A DNA stretch of 32,000 nt from contig ACYB01000016.1 in NCBI GenBank assembly GCA_000175855.1, positions 51,532-83,531 on the forward strand. Direction: 5' to 3'. Under the pieces are notes generated by a model that saw nothing but the letters and a program-made list of their open reading frames with translations, was not told where the DNA came from and did no database searches. This document shows positions 17,288 to 28,000 of the stretch, one piece after another. The position numbers were made by a program, and so were the translations under genes. Origin of the DNA: Raphidiopsis brookii D9 (GTDB lineage Bacteria; Cyanobacteriota; Cyanobacteriia; Cyanobacteriales; Nostocaceae). Numbering within the stretch: position 1 is the stretch's first letter; every line of letters begins with the position of its first letter.

Positions 17288-17459
17288 TTTTGAGAAGTAA
17301 AACTAAGATAGGCAATCTCAAGACTTTTCAAAATAGCAGTGGAAAGTTCATCCACTATTCTTTCCTAATACTAACAGCATCAGGTATAATTTCCGTTCTT
17401 CCAAAGCCTAGTTGGTTATTTTTTTGTTCAAAGTGCTTTACATTTCGTTTTACTCCAAA

Positions 17460-17485
17460 AGCCTACACTGTAAACAGTGTAGGCT
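17460..17485 (-). terminator. Terminator of the ribosomal protein cluster (after rplL)
   Basis: AGCCTACACTG-TTTA-CAGTGTAGGCT followed by TTT on the minus strand. Confidence 0.75.
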
Positions 17486-17492
17486 CAAGATA

Positions 17493-17882
17493 CTACTTAA
17501 TAACTACCTTACCACCAGCTTCAGCAATCTTCTTACTAATTTCTTCAGCAGATTCTTTGTTTACACCCTCTTTAACCGCTTTAGGAGTAGACTCTACTAA
17601 CTCCTTAGCTTCTTTCAAGCCTAAACCAGTGATTTCACGCACAATCTTCAGAACCGCGATTTTCTTGTCCGCAGGTACTTCTTCCAGAACTACATTGAAT
17701 TCGGTCTGCTCTTCAACTGGTTCTGCTGCTGCTGCTCCGGGTGCGGCCATGACCATCATCCCACCAGCGGGTGCTGCAGCACTTACACCAAAAGCTTCCT
17801 CAATCTGCTTAACTAATTCCGCAGCTTCCAACAGGGTCAAGACTTTTAACTGTTCTAAAATTTGATCGGTTGCAGTAGACAT
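17493..17882 (-). CDS. rplL: 50S ribosomal protein L7/L12
   Basis: [23 protein letters not shown]...[40 protein letters not shown]. Confidence 0.97.
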   Translation of the reverse strand: MSTATDQILEQLKVLTLLEAAELVKQIEEAFGVSAAAPAGGMMVMAAPGAAAAEPVEEQTEFNVVLEEVPADKKIAVLKIVREITGLGLKEAKELVESTPKAVKEGVNKESAEEISKKIAEAGGKVVIK

Positions 17883-17951
17883 TGATATAACTCCTAAGAA
17901 ATTGTCGTTTTTGTTGATTAGTGGAAATACGAAAAGTAAAGCTAAACGCTC

Positions 17952-18497
17952 CTATTCAGGTGTAGTTGCGCCTTCCTTATCCTTGTCAGCAATAGCTTGA
18001 ATACCACGAGCCAAAGAACTGGGAACCTCCTTGATACCCACAGCAACTTTTGTGGCCAATGCGTTGATAGCTCCCGCAATTTGCGCCATCAGCTGTTCCT
18101 TGGATGGCAAATCTCCCAAGGCTTTGACATCCTCATCCTTGAGCAAGCGCCCTTCCATCACTCCGCCACGCAGTTCGGTCTTCTTAGTGGCTTTTTGAAA
18201 TTCTTGGTAGGCTTTAATTGCTGAAGAGAAATCTTCCTTAACTAGCAAAAAAGCAGAAGAGCCCTTAAGCAACTCTGACATCGGTTGCCATTTTTTGTCC
18301 TCCTGAATGGCTAGTCCCATAAAGGTGTTTTTAGTCACCTTACAGATCGTACCACTAGGACGTAAACGCCTTCTCAAGTCGGTGATTTCAGCAACGGTTA
18401 GACCTTGATAATCAATTACCAGTGCCAAAGTTGACTGACTTAGAGTCCCCTTTAAGTCCGCTACTATCTCTTTTTTGTTTTCTAACGTTCTACCCAT
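17952..18497 (-). CDS. rplJ: 50S ribosomal protein L10
   Basis: MGRTLENKKEIVADLKGTLSQSTLALVIDYQGLTVAEITDLRRRLR...TKNTFMGLAI. Confidence 0.96.
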   Translation of the reverse strand: MGRTLENKKEIVADLKGTLSQSTLALVIDYQGLTVAEITDLRRRLRPSGTICKVTKNTFMGLAIQEDKKWQPMSELLKGSSAFLLVKEDFSSAIKAYQEFQKATKKTELRGGVMEGRLLKDEDVKALGDLPSKEQLMAQIAGAINALATKVAVGIKEVPSSLARGIQAIADKDKEGATTPE

Positions 18498-18573
18498 ACT
18501 TGTGTCACCTCCTAGGGTAAATGCTCAGTCGTGAGTAATTTAGTTATGGCCATGTTGACTTACCGAAAACAAC

Positions 18574-18600
18574 AAACCCCAGCGATCTTGGCCGGGGTTT
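18574..18600 (-). promoter_or_regulatory. Hairpin in the rplJ leader (possible L10 leader attenuator)
   Basis: Minus strand AAACCCCGGC-CAAGATC-GCTGGGGTTT-GTTGTTTT, located between rplA and rplJ. Confidence 0.5.
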
Positions 18601-18733
18601 CATAGTAGTATTTTTAATGCTGTAGTTCCCACGTCTGGTTAACGGATGTGGAATTACTTCAGTCAGTTAAAATTACAACCTCGGCAGGATATTAAGCTAT
18701 ACGCACCTGCTATCTCCGGCTTAATTATGCAAA

Positions 18734-19450
18734 TTATGCAGCGTCAGTTGTTTTTAAATCTCTCAGGGCGTTAATATCAACTTTAATTGATGGACCCATG
18801 GTAGAAGAGATGTAGAATGTTCGCCAATACCGACCTTTGGCTCCTGAAGGACGATTACGGTCAATCGTCTCTTGCAATGCTTTGAGGTTGACCAGCAGAT
18901 CTTCCGAAGAAAAGGAAGCCTTACCAAACATAACATGAACAATGCCAGTTCGGTCAGCACGAAATTCTAGTTTACCAGCTTTAAATTCACTAATCGCACT
19001 CGCTATGTCAAATGTTACTGTACCACCTTTAGGAGATGGCATCAATCCACGAGGACCTAATAATTTCCCTAGCTTTGCTACCTGTGGCATCACATCAGGA
19101 GTAGCAATTAGCTTGTCAAAGTCCATCATGCCCCTCTGAATTTCATCAATTAGCTCTTCAGAACCAGCTATGTCCGCACCTGCATTGGTGGCTTCTGTGA
19201 CTTTCTCCCCTCTAGCAATAACTGCTACTCGCACTATCTGACCCGTACCCTTGGGTAACACCACAGTGGTTCGCAGTTGTTGATCCGTGTACTTAGGGTC
19301 AATTCCCAGGCGAATATGTGCTTCAGCAGCTTCGGGAAATTTTGCTGTAGCGGTCTCTTTCAATAGGGATAACGCTTCTAAGGGAGCGTAATCCCGTTCT
19401 TCTACTTTTGCTTGCAACGCCTGTAATCGGCGTGATACTTTCTTTACCAT
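18734..19450 (-). CDS. rplA: 50S ribosomal protein L1
   Basis: [32 protein letters not shown]...[15 protein letters not shown]...[21 protein letters not shown]. Confidence 0.97.
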   Translation of the reverse strand: MVKKVSRRLQALQAKVEERDYAPLEALSLLKETATAKFPEAAEAHIRLGIDPKYTDQQLRTTVVLPKGTGQIVRVAVIARGEKVTEATNAGADIAGSEELIDEIQRGMMDFDKLIATPDVMPQVAKLGKLLGPRGLMPSPKGGTVTFDIASAISEFKAGKLEFRADRTGIVHVMFGKASFSSEDLLVNLKALQETIDRNRPSGAKGRYWRTFYISSTMGPSIKVDINALRDLKTTDAA

Positions 19451-19516
19451 GTTTTCCTCCTGGGGTTGTTTCGAAGTTCCTCACCTCTCCCCCAATATGA
19501 TTTGAGATTGGGAATT

Positions 19517-19942
19517 TTAATCCTTAACGGTCACACCCATATTTTTGGCTGTTCCCTCCACAATGTTCATCGCTGCTTCGATGTCGTTGGCATTGAGGTC
19601 AGGAAGTTTGGTTTGGGCAATTTCTTTTAACTGGGTTCTAGTAATGCTACCAACCTTTTTCTTGTTTGGTTGATCCGAACCTCTCTCAATTTTTGCCGCC
19701 TTACGAATTAAAACCGATGCTGGGGGTGTTTTGAGTACAAAGGTAAAACTCCGATCCTCAAATACGGAAATTTCTACCGGAATTACCATACCAGCTTGGT
19801 CAGCTGTTTTGGCATTGTACTCCTTACAAAACATCATGATATTAACACCATGTTGACCAAGTGCAGGACCAACCGGTGGTGCTGGGTTGGCTTTCCCAGC
19901 ATTTAAGGCCAATTTAATGACCGCCACTACTTTCTTCGCCAT
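19517..19942 (-). CDS. rplK: 50S ribosomal protein L11
   Basis: [46 protein letters not shown]. Confidence 0.98.
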   Translation of the reverse strand: MAKKVVAVIKLALNAGKANPAPPVGPALGQHGVNIMMFCKEYNAKTADQAGMVIPVEISVFEDRSFTFVLKTPPASVLIRKAAKIERGSDQPNKKKVGSITRTQLKEIAQTKLPDLNANDIEAAMNIVEGTAKNMGVTVKD

Positions 19943-19948
19943 TTGGAT

Positions 19949-20578
19949 TTAGCTCTGTTTTTGTACCTGATTAAATTCCAGTTCTACTGGTGTATCTCGT
20001 CCGAAAATCGAGAGTAGAGCTTTTAGTTTACTCCTTTCTGGCGATACTTCAATCACCTCACCCTCAAAATCCTTGAACGGACCAGAAAGTACCATGATCT
20101 TATCACCCGTAGCCATGTCAATTTTAACTACTGGCTCCTGTTCTGTAGTTTGCTTGAATATACGCTCTACTTCTGAGTTGCTTAGAGGAACCGGTTTGAC
20201 GTGACCGCGACTTCTACTGCTACCATGCTTCTGCTCTGCTCCTACAAAATTAATCACATGGCTAGTATTCTTTACTATCTGCCAAGTGTCATCACTCATC
20301 ATCATACGCACTAAAACGTATCCGGGAAAAACTTTCTCTTCTGTTTGTTGACGAGTACCATCTTTACGGATTTTGACTGCTGGAGTGTGAGGTATCTCTA
20401 CCTGAATAATTTTGTCAGCAACATCAAAAGTTTGAATACGCTGTTCTAAAGTCGTTTTTACACGTTTTTCGCAACCAGAGGCTACTTGTACCGCATACCA
20501 ACGTGCTTCATTTACTGTTGTTTCCAGGGTATCTTCTGACTGGAAAGCATCCCTTGGTTCATCTGTTGCATAACTCAT
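19949..20578 (-). CDS. nusG: Transcription termination/antitermination protein NusG
   Basis: ARWYAVQVASGCEKRVKTTL...VFPGYVLVRMMMSDDTWQIVKNTSHVINFVG...KDFEGEVIEVSPERSKLKALLSIFGRDTPVELEFNQVQK; internal ATG at 20578 overlaps the secE stop (TGATG). Confidence 0.93.
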   Translation of the reverse strand: MSYATDEPRDAFQSEDTLETTVNEARWYAVQVASGCEKRVKTTLEQRIQTFDVADKIIQVEIPHTPAVKIRKDGTRQQTEEKVFPGYVLVRMMMSDDTWQIVKNTSHVINFVGAEQKHGSSRSRGHVKPVPLSNSEVERIFKQTTEQEPVVKIDMATGDKIMVLSGPFKDFEGEVIEVSPERSKLKALLSIFGRDTPVELEFNQVQKQS

Positions 20579-20799
20579 CAGAACACCTGTTTTGCTGCCC
20601 AAGAAAAGAGTCCATCAACTAGATATATTAAAGATGCGGATAGAGTTACCATTAATAAAACGGCTGCTGACTCACTCACCAGCTGTTTACGACTGGGCCA
20701 AACTACTTTATCAAGTTCTTCTTTTGTTCCCTGGAAAAAGTTGTTGAAGCTAAACCCACCACCACTTTCTGGCATTTCTGCCTCGTTTTTTTTAGTCAC
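20578..20799 (-). CDS. secE: Preprotein translocase subunit SecE
   Basis: FFQGTKEELDKVVWPSRKQLVSESAAVLLMVTLSASLIYLVDGLFSWAAKQVF. Confidence 0.93.
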   Translation of the reverse strand: MTKKNEAEMPESGGGFSFNNFFQGTKEELDKVVWPSRKQLVSESAAVLLMVTLSASLIYLVDGLFSWAAKQVF

Positions 20800-21062
20800 G
20801 GTCTTTATACCCCCGTTTCTTAGGTTGCTCTATGGAACTTACATCCTAGTTTAGCACACTAGTCCCAAATTTAGGGGTTAACCCGGTGCGGTTGGCGACA
20901 CTGCGTCACCGAGGATTTTCACACCCTAGCCGCCCTCTGGTAATTTACACTTATGCCATAGAGATAACAACAAATATTATCCTAAGTCTTGCTAAAAAGT
21001 CAAGTCCCCAAAAATGTAAAACCCAAGCTGGTCCATGTTGACCTATTTATTATGACTTTCAG

Positions 21063-21135
21063 CGCGCCCTGGAGGACTTGAACCCCCGACATTAGGTTTT
21101 GGAGACCTACGTTCTACCAACTGAACTAAGAGCGC
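21063..21135 (-). tRNA. trnW: tRNA-Trp (anticodon CCA)
   Basis: GCGCTCTTAGTTCAGTTGGTAGAACGTAGGTCTCCAAAACCTAATGTCGGGGGTTCAAGTCCTCCAGGGCGCG; cloverleaf arms pair; 3' CCA not encoded. Confidence 0.96.
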
Positions 21136-21237
21136 ACAACTTTCAAGTTGTATTATACTAATCTAATTTTTTTCTTCCAGTCAAGGGGTAAGCTAAATTT
21201 GATAAATTTAGCTCTTTATTCCCATCTTATCACTCTA

Positions 21238-21600
21238 TCACAAAGCACGGTCAAAGCGCTGTTTAATTCTGGTAGCTTTACCAGATAGTTGACGGAGATA
21301 ATACAATTTAGCCCGTCTCACTTTACCACGACGCATAATTTTAATATTGTCAATCCGTGGTGAGTGCAGTAAAAATACCCGCTCCACCCCTACGCCCTGA
21401 AATACCCGACGTACGGTAATAGTCTCATTAATCCCCCCATTCCGTTTGCCAATGACTACCCCTTCATAGGGTTGCACACGATATTTATCGCCTTCTTTGA
21501 TTTTTACTCCCACCCGCACCGTGTCACCTACATAGATTTGAGGTAGGTCAGACTTTAACTGTTCCGCTTCAATGGAGCGGATAATTTCTTGAGCGTTCAT
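21238..21600 (-). CDS. rplS: 50S ribosomal protein L19
   Basis: [84 protein letters not shown]. Confidence 0.97.
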   Translation of the reverse strand: MNAQEIIRSIEAEQLKSDLPQIYVGDTVRVGVKIKEGDKYRVQPYEGVVIGKRNGGINETITVRRVFQGVGVERVFLLHSPRIDNIKIMRRGKVRRAKLYYLRQLSGKATRIKQRFDRAL

Positions 21601-21685
21601 AGTTCAGTTGTTTTATAGAAAAAACCACAATTAACAATAATAAACCTATAGGTGTCCCACAGTCTAGATCTTTGAGCTAATTTGT

Positions 21686-24600
21686 TCAGCCATTTCTTTT
21701 ATTTCTGCTCACAGATGATTTTATCCACCTGTGTTTTTTCCAACCACCTCCTATCAAATCATGTAGGAGGGTGTAGAAACATGGGATAATAAATAGAGTC
21801 AATAGGGTGGCCACAGACAAACCAGAAAACACCACCACCCCCAGGGGTTGGAGAAATTCGGATCCTTCACCAATGCCTAATGCTAGGGGGAACATGCCCA
21901 AAACCGTGGTAATTGTTGTCATTAGGATTGGGCGCAGACGCTGAGGTGCTGCTTTTAAAATGGCGGCGCGACGGTCTATTCTTTCCCTTTCCCTGATTTG
22001 ATTAGCCAATTCCACCATAATAATGGCATTATTTACCACAATTCCTACCAATAGAACCGCACCCACAATTACGGTTGCACCAACAGCAGTTTCAGTAATA
22101 TAAAGACCAAAAATACCTCCAGCTAGGGCTAGAGGAATGGTAAACAAAATGACTAATGGATCCACAAGGGAATTATATTGTACAGCCATGACAACAAATA
22201 CTAAGAATATGGCCAGACCACCTAAAACTTGTAGTGATTGTTGAATTTGGCGATTAGACTCTGCTGTTGCACTGGGTAATACACTTACATTTGGGGGGAA
22301 CTCCACAGTATTTAAAACTTGATCAACCTGTTCTAAGGCTTGATTTAAACTAGCGCCTTCGGTTAGATTACCTGCAATTACAAATACTTGACGTTGGTTA
22401 ATCCGTTGTATTTCTCCTGGTGCTTTACTAGTAATAATCGTTGCCACATCACTTAGTCTAACTTGTTGATTACCTTGTGTGAATAAAGGCAATCTTGCCA
22501 ACTGGGAAGTGGTTTTTAGCGCATTCTCATTTAATTCCACTCGCACATCCACTAATCGATTATCTCGTTGTATTTGGGTGGGGACACTACCTGTAATAGC
22601 TGTTTGAATTGTTTCCCCAATTTCCTTAGTATTTAACCCCACATTTGTCACTCGCTCCCAGTTGGGTAGAATTTGGATTTCTGGTTGTTTAGCATCTCCA
22701 TCAGGACGAAATCTCAGGGCGGTCACTTTTTCTTCTAGGATTGCTAATAACTGACGACCTTTTTTTTCTAGGATATCCCCATCAGTTCCTTGGAGAATAA
22801 TATCCACATCCGCACCACGAGCGGGTGAGTTACTAAGCAATAAACCCCGTACTTGTCCTCGGGTTAAACGCAGTCGAATATCAACCAAGTTTAGTTCGGT
22901 AAATTTTTTGCTAACCCGCTCAATATAGCTTTCTATGTCTGAACCTGGTTTTAGGGTAATTGTACTGGAACTACGTAGGGGATTGGCCGTGCTATTACTA
23001 CCAAAGAGAAATCCACCAACCGTGGAAAACACATATTTAGTTTCTGGTTGTTTACCGAGGATTTCATCAACCAACCCCATGACTTTTTGATTGGTTTTGA
23101 GGGGAGTACCGGGGGGAAATTGGGCAAACAAGTTGACCTGTCCGGTATTAATTTGGGGGAGAATTTCTTGTTTTAGCTGGGGTGCTATCCAATAGCTACC
23201 ACCACCTAGGAAGAGAGTGGCCATAATAATTGTTAATAAGCGCCAACGTAAAATTCCAGTTAAGAATTTGCCGTATAATCTAGTAGCACCTGCGAATCGT
23301 TGATTAAACTGTTGAAATAACCAAAAATTGGTTAGGGAAATAGGAACTGGCCAACCTAATAATCGAGATGTTAACATAGGGACAACAGTAACAGCTATTA
23401 AAATGGAAGCTGCTACAGCAAAGCTAATGGTGAGAATTAGTTCGTTAAATATTAAGGAAATAAAACCACCAATTAACAAAAATGGTAAGACTGCTACCAG
23501 GTTGGTACTTGTGGAAGCTACCAATGCTGATTCCACTTCTCGACTGCTAAGTTCAGCTTGTTCAATAATTGTGTTTTCTGATAAGTTGCTTAGGTAATTT
23601 TGTCTTTTATTGTGAGTAATACCTGTGGTAATATTTTCTAACATAACAATAGAATTATCCACCACAATTCCCACTCCTAATGCTAAACCACCCAAGCTAA
23701 AAATATTTAGTGATAAACCAAATAACCCCATAAAAATAATGGCTGCTAGTGTAGCTAGGGGAATGGAAATGACAATTATCAAGGTTTGTCGTAAAGACCC
23801 AAGAAATAAAAGAACGGCAAAACCGGCTAATCCCGCACCTATTAAACCAGAGGTGGTAACATTAGCTAGGGAGTTTCTGATAAATATTGATTCATCTAAG
23901 GTAGGTGTTAATGTTGATTCTTCAGGTATTTTACCAGCTTGTTTGAGTTGGGTTATTTTCTCTTTAATTCCATCAACAACATTCACAGTATTAGCATCGG
24001 GTTGTTTTTGAATACTAACTTTTACCGCTTCTTCACCATTGAGCAAAACATAAACTCTCTGTTTTGCCGCACCATCAGTCACCTGGGCAAAATCTCTCAG
24101 GTAAACCCGATTTTTACTGGAGGAATTAGGCGGGGATACTTCTAAGGAAAGATCATTAATCTCCTGGGCATTTTTAAATCTCCCCACCGTGCGAGTTAAG
24201 GGTTCGGAATTACTTCCTAAAATTCTCCCCCCAGAAATATCTTGATTGCGATTTCTGAGTTCGTTTAATACATCTGTTAAACCTACTCCTAGGGCTTGTA
24301 AACGATCTAAATCAATATTCACCCTCACCTCTTCTTCCACTCCCCCAGATACGTCCACCACTGCGACTCCTGGTACTAAACCCAATTCACGCCCTAATTC
24401 TTCTTCGGCAAAAACTCGTAAATCTACTCCTTTAAGGGTGGGTGAGGTAAGAGCAAATTCATATATGGGTAGTTGGGAAGGGTCAAATTTAAATAACCGG
24501 GGTTCTTCTATGGTCTCTGGTAATCTATTTCTGGTGCGGTTAAACGTTGCTGTAGCATCATTGAGAGCTTGATCAATATTTCCTCCCGGTTGAAAATATA

Positions 24601-24898
24601 GGTCTAAACTCACTTGTCCTTCACGAGTACGGGAGACAATTTGAATTACTCCTTCTGTTGCAAAAAAGGCTTCCTCTAATTTTTTGGTAATTTCATCCAC
24701 TGCTACTTCTGGTGAAATCCCCGGTGCTTCTATTCTGACTCCAATCCGAGGATAGGTAATAGATGGTAATAGGTCTACCGGTAATCGTAGGATGAAAAAT
24801 ACACCCATGACAATCACTGCTACAGTTAGCATTAAAGTTCCAATATGTTGGCGAATAGATAGGGCACTTATACTAAAACCTTTGTGGATATTTGACAT
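21686..24898 (-). CDS. RND-family efflux transporter permease (AcrB/HAE-like)
   Basis: 1070 aa; SIRQHIGTLMLTVAVIVMGVFFILRLPVDLLPSITYPRI...; GIVVDNSIVMLENI and GIVVNNAIIMVE motifs. Confidence 0.93.
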   Translation of the reverse strand: MSNIHKGFSISALSIRQHIGTLMLTVAVIVMGVFFILRLPVDLLPSITYPRIGVRIEAPGISPEVAVDEITKKLEEAFFATEGVIQIVSRTREGQVSLDLYFQPGGNIDQALNDATATFNRTRNRLPETIEEPRLFKFDPSQLPIYEFALTSPTLKGVDLRVFAEEELGRELGLVPGVAVVDVSGGVEEEVRVNIDLDRLQALGVGLTDVLNELRNRNQDISGGRILGSNSEPLTRTVGRFKNAQEINDLSLEVSPPNSSSKNRVYLRDFAQVTDGAAKQRVYVLLNGEEAVKVSIQKQPDANTVNVVDGIKEKITQLKQAGKIPEESTLTPTLDESIFIRNSLANVTTSGLIGAGLAGFAVLLFLGSLRQTLIIVISIPLATLAAIIFMGLFGLSLNIFSLGGLALGVGIVVDNSIVMLENITTGITHNKRQNYLSNLSENTIIEQAELSSREVESALVASTSTNLVAVLPFLLIGGFISLIFNELILTISFAVAASILIAVTVVPMLTSRLLGWPVPISLTNFWLFQQFNQRFAGATRLYGKFLTGILRWRLLTIIMATLFLGGGSYWIAPQLKQEILPQINTGQVNLFAQFPPGTPLKTNQKVMGLVDEILGKQPETKYVFSTVGGFLFGSNSTANPLRSSSTITLKPGSDIESYIERVSKKFTELNLVDIRLRLTRGQVRGLLLSNSPARGADVDIILQGTDGDILEKKGRQLLAILEEKVTALRFRPDGDAKQPEIQILPNWERVTNVGLNTKEIGETIQTAITGSVPTQIQRDNRLVDVRVELNENALKTTSQLARLPLFTQGNQQVRLSDVATIITSKAPGEIQRINQRQVFVIAGNLTEGASLNQALEQVDQVLNTVEFPPNVSVLPSATAESNRQIQQSLQVLGGLAIFLVFVVMAVQYNSLVDPLVILFTIPLALAGGIFGLYITETAVGATVIVGAVLLVGIVVNNAIIMVELANQIRERERIDRRAAILKAAPQRLRPILMTTITTVLGMFPLALGIGEGSEFLQPLGVVVFSGLSVATLLTLFIIPCFYTLLHDLIGGGWKKHRWIKSSVSRNKRNG

Positions 24899-24946
24899 TT
24901 GTTTAAGGGGTTATTTTTGTTAGTTTTAATGCTGTTTTTTAAGTCT

Positions 24947-26311
24947 TTAGTTTGGTAATTCTGACAGGGCTGATAATTTAACTATTTGACCATCCTCAAG
25001 TGGTTTACTACTCCGAAATACATAACTGTCTCCCGGTTTTATTCCAGAGATAATTTCTACTTTGCCATCAGCTTCTTTACCCAACACAACTGGTTGTTCT
25101 TTAACTTTTACTCTCTCTTCTTTCCGTTCAATCACAAAAATAGTACTGTTATTATTCGTTAATGATGTTTCCTGTTCTTGATTATTAATCGCTGTTTTAA
25201 GGATCACTACTCTTGATGATTCTTGTCTGGAAAAATTTACTCTGGCCAACATTCCACTACGAATTTTTCCCTGGCTATTGGGAATCACTATCTCCACGGG
25301 CACAACTCTAGCTGTGCTATCTGCTACCGGTGAAATCCTTTCTATTCTACCCATGATTTTTTCATCAGGAAAAGCATCTAAATTTACTCCTACACTCTTA
25401 CCTATTTCTACTTTCCCCAGTTCTAATTCTGAGACTTTTACCACTACTTTGATCTGACTTAAATCGGCAATTTTTATAACTTCGTTTCCCGTTTGTAAAA
25501 GGTTCCCTGGTTCTGTGATTTTTTCTGTTACCACTCCTGTAATCGGGGAAATTAAATCACTATACGAAAGACGCTCTCTCGCTGCTTTAACTACTGCTCT
25601 CTGGGCTAAGACTCTATTTTGCGCCGCCGCTACTGCTTTCTTTTCGGTCCTCTGCTTTTCTATGGTAGCTTTCAAAATCTGTTGATATGTCCTAACTCTT
25701 GTCAGAGCCTGCTGGGCAGCTTGTTGAGAAATCGCCCCTTCTTGTAACAGTTTCTGCTGTCTGTCTGAGTCAGATTTGGCCTGCATCAGTTCTAATCTGA
25801 CTTTTTCTACCTCCGCTTCTATATTTTTTACCTGTGCCCTAACTCGCTCCACTTCTGATTCACGATTTGCTAACTCCGCTTCCTGTTGCTCTAATCCCGT
25901 CTTCAATAAAATATCATCTAGTCTACCAACCCTCTGTCCCTTGCTTACCTTATCCCCAATCTCTAAATCTAAGCCAATTAGTCTCCCCTCTACTTGCGAT
26001 CGCACGGATATTATTTTCTTGGGAACTGTACTGCCTGTATAAATTAATTCCTCATTTAGGGAGCCTGTTCGAGCGATCGCCACATCTACAGATATGGGTT
26101 TAGCACTTTTTTTTCCAGGTGAACTTTGAGATTGAGCTTCTGCTGATTCTTTGACTGTGGAAACACAGCCAGTTGCTAAAAGTCCCAGAAACAAAACAGA
26201 CACCAGTAATATCTTGTCTTTATTATGGCTGATTTGACTCACCCATGACCCGGCTCCTATGATACTTAATGCCTTTACTGTTATTCGTGACTCATTTGCT
26301 ACTAAAACCAT
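24947..26311 (-). CDS. RND efflux periplasmic adaptor (MFP/HlyD-like)
   Basis: Lipoprotein-like GLLATGCVSTV, biotinyl-lipoyl VRSQVEGRLIGLDLEIGDKVSKGQRVGRLDD, paired with the RND permease. Confidence 0.88.
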   Translation of the reverse strand: MVLVANESRITVKALSIIGAGSWVSQISHNKDKILLVSVLFLGLLATGCVSTVKESAEAQSQSSPGKKSAKPISVDVAIARTGSLNEELIYTGSTVPKKIISVRSQVEGRLIGLDLEIGDKVSKGQRVGRLDDILLKTGLEQQEAELANRESEVERVRAQVKNIEAEVEKVRLELMQAKSDSDRQQKLLQEGAISQQAAQQALTRVRTYQQILKATIEKQRTEKKAVAAAQNRVLAQRAVVKAARERLSYSDLISPITGVVTEKITEPGNLLQTGNEVIKIADLSQIKVVVKVSELELGKVEIGKSVGVNLDAFPDEKIMGRIERISPVADSTARVVPVEIVIPNSQGKIRSGMLARVNFSRQESSRVVILKTAINNQEQETSLTNNNSTIFVIERKEERVKVKEQPVVLGKEADGKVEIISGIKPGDSYVFRSSKPLEDGQIVKLSALSELPN

Positions 26312-26502
26312 AAGTTTACTTTTTTTAGGTCACTATAAATGCGATTACATGTTAATTATTACTGACATTTCCGGGAATTGTAAAATTATTGTAAAAATTG
26401 GTATGGGAATGTTCATTAATAACCATCACCAAAAAATTTTTCCTGTATATTAAGAATAGTGAAGATATCCTAACTTTTTTCCTGATTTGAGGTAAGCGAA
26501 AA

Positions 26503-27039
26503 ATGACAATTTTGGTAAAAACTACTCAAACTGCTGATGAGCAACAAATTGCCGATTTTTTCCGCGACTCTGCAGGTACATGGCGCTCTGAAAGACGCTA
26601 CTATACCCTACCAGAAGGGAAAACCCAAGAATTAATCAGTATGATTACCATTCATTTTCTACCCAAAGGGGATCAGGAATTACTGACATTGGCTCAACTA
26701 CATAATTTACCAAACCTAGATAGTTTGAGCTGTGGAGCAAAGGTCAGTTGGCAAAGTATGGATTTGGAAAACCTGGAAAAAAAATTGCACGGTCAAACCA
26801 TATTTGGTGCTTTAGGCAAGATCTTATATCGAGACAGGGGATTTGCTACAACCAAACCAGTAACTGCTGATTATGTTATTTCTCAAGCTCATACCCTATG
26901 CTTACGAACAGAATATAATCGCGCAGCTTTTGAAGAAGAAATAAAACTAATCGGTGATAAGTATCGCACAAGACAAACCATTATTTCTCGTGATGGAAAA
27001 CCCCTTACAATAGGGCAATACTTAGAGAAACGAGTTTAG
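26503..27039 (+). CDS. cpcS: Phycobiliprotein lyase, CpcS/CpeS family
   Basis: IADFFRDSAGTWRSERRYYTL...TEYNRAAFEEEIKLIGDKYRTRQTIISRDGKPLTIGQYLEKR. Confidence 0.85.
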   Translation: MTILVKTTQTADEQQIADFFRDSAGTWRSERRYYTLPEGKTQELISMITIHFLPKGDQELLTLAQLHNLPNLDSLSCGAKVSWQSMDLENLEKKLHGQTIFGALGKILYRDRGFATTKPVTADYVISQAHTLCLRTEYNRAAFEEEIKLIGDKYRTRQTIISRDGKPLTIGQYLEKRV

Positions 27040-27145
27040 TCCCATTGTTACTAAGCGCTATAGGTGGAGTTATAGCTGGATTTATATATTTGAGGAAATC
27101 AAAAAAAACTTCTCCAAACCTACCCCAAAAATTAATTTCTATGTC

Positions 27146-27277
27146 ATGATAAAGAAGAGACTTAATTCGGCGATTAGTATTTTGTTGTTAGTATTGACAG
27201 GCTTTTTTTACTTGTGGTATTTACAGACTCCTCTCCGAAATCTAAATCTCTACAAACTAATGATTTTGGAGATATAA
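27146..27277 (+). CDS. Possible 43-aa single-TM small protein immediately upstream of the RRM gene
   Basis: MIKKRLNSAISILLLVLTGFFYLWYLQTPLRNLNLYKLMILEI*; stops 3 nt before the next ATG; no independent support. Confidence 0.25.
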   Translation: MIKKRLNSAISILLLVLTGFFYLWYLQTPLRNLNLYKLMILEI

Positions 27278-27280
27278 TTC

Positions 27281-27577
27281 ATGTCGGTTTATGTAGGAAA
27301 TCTTTCTTACGAAGTTACACAGGATGCCTTGACAGCTGTGTTTTCGGAATATGGAGAAGTTAAACGGGTTCAAATTCCCACCGATCGGGAAACGGGTCGT
27401 GTTCGTGGTTTTGCTTTCGTGGAGATGAATTCAGAAGCACAAGAAACTGCAGCGATTGAAGCACTTGATGGTGCAGAATGGATGGGTCGTGATTTAAAAG
27501 TTAATAAGGCTAAACCTAAGGAAGAGCGTGGTGGCGGTGGTCGAAGCGGTTATGGCGGTGCACGCAACCGCTACTAA
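27281..27577 (+). CDS. RNA-binding protein with a single RRM and Gly-rich tail
   Basis: SVYVGNLSYEVTQDALTAVFSEYGEVKRVQIPTDRETGRVRGFAFVEM...RSGYGGARNRY. Confidence 0.95.
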   Translation: MSVYVGNLSYEVTQDALTAVFSEYGEVKRVQIPTDRETGRVRGFAFVEMNSEAQETAAIEALDGAEWMGRDLKVNKAKPKEERGGGGRSGYGGARNRY

Positions 27578-27610
27578 TTCCCAACTGTAGCAGTAATTTG
27601 CGATAGTAGC

Positions 27611-27640
27611 AGCTCATACTCCCGGAGTATGAGCTTTTTT
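27611..27640 (+). terminator. Rho-independent terminator of the RRM gene
   Basis: AGCTCATACTC-CCG-GAGTATGAGCT-TTTTT, 11-bp perfect stem. Confidence 0.9.
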
Positions 27641-27659
27641 CTCAAATACCAAATATCCC

Positions 27660-27998
27660 ATGAACTACCAAATAGCACGTAAACTATTAATAGATCAAAC
27701 AGAAACTGATCGGGATACCCTCTTAAACCGTCTCCAACAGGGCAAGTTGCCCATACCGGGTCAAATTACATCTATCTTGTTAGCATTAAAACTTGTATTT
27801 GAATCCTCAAAGGATGCCAATACTATAGATAAACAACTAGCCTGGTCACTGCATAAACTAGGCAGTAAATCTTTAGAAATATTGACAACGAACCTAAAAT
27901 CTGACACTGAATGGCAACCACTGTTAAAAGAGGACTTGCAAAGAATTACTCTAGCAGTTGAAAGTATATTTTCCGGTACATGGGAAACCAAAAAATGA
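27660..27998 (+). CDS. Hypothetical protein
   Basis: 112-aa ORF of good coding character (MNYQIARKLLIDQTETDRDTLLNRLQQGKLPIPGQITSILLALKLVFES...) with no recognised family. Confidence 0.6.
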   Translation: MNYQIARKLLIDQTETDRDTLLNRLQQGKLPIPGQITSILLALKLVFESSKDANTIDKQLAWSLHKLGSKSLEILTTNLKSDTEWQPLLKEDLQRITLAVESIFSGTWETKK

Positions 27999-28000
27999 AA

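Noticed and set aside
23328-24572. Several plus-strand ORFs inside the RND permease region
   Set aside because: Mirror frames of a continuous 1070-aa RND permease on the minus strand; low-complexity Thr/Asn/Pro translation typical of antisense frames.
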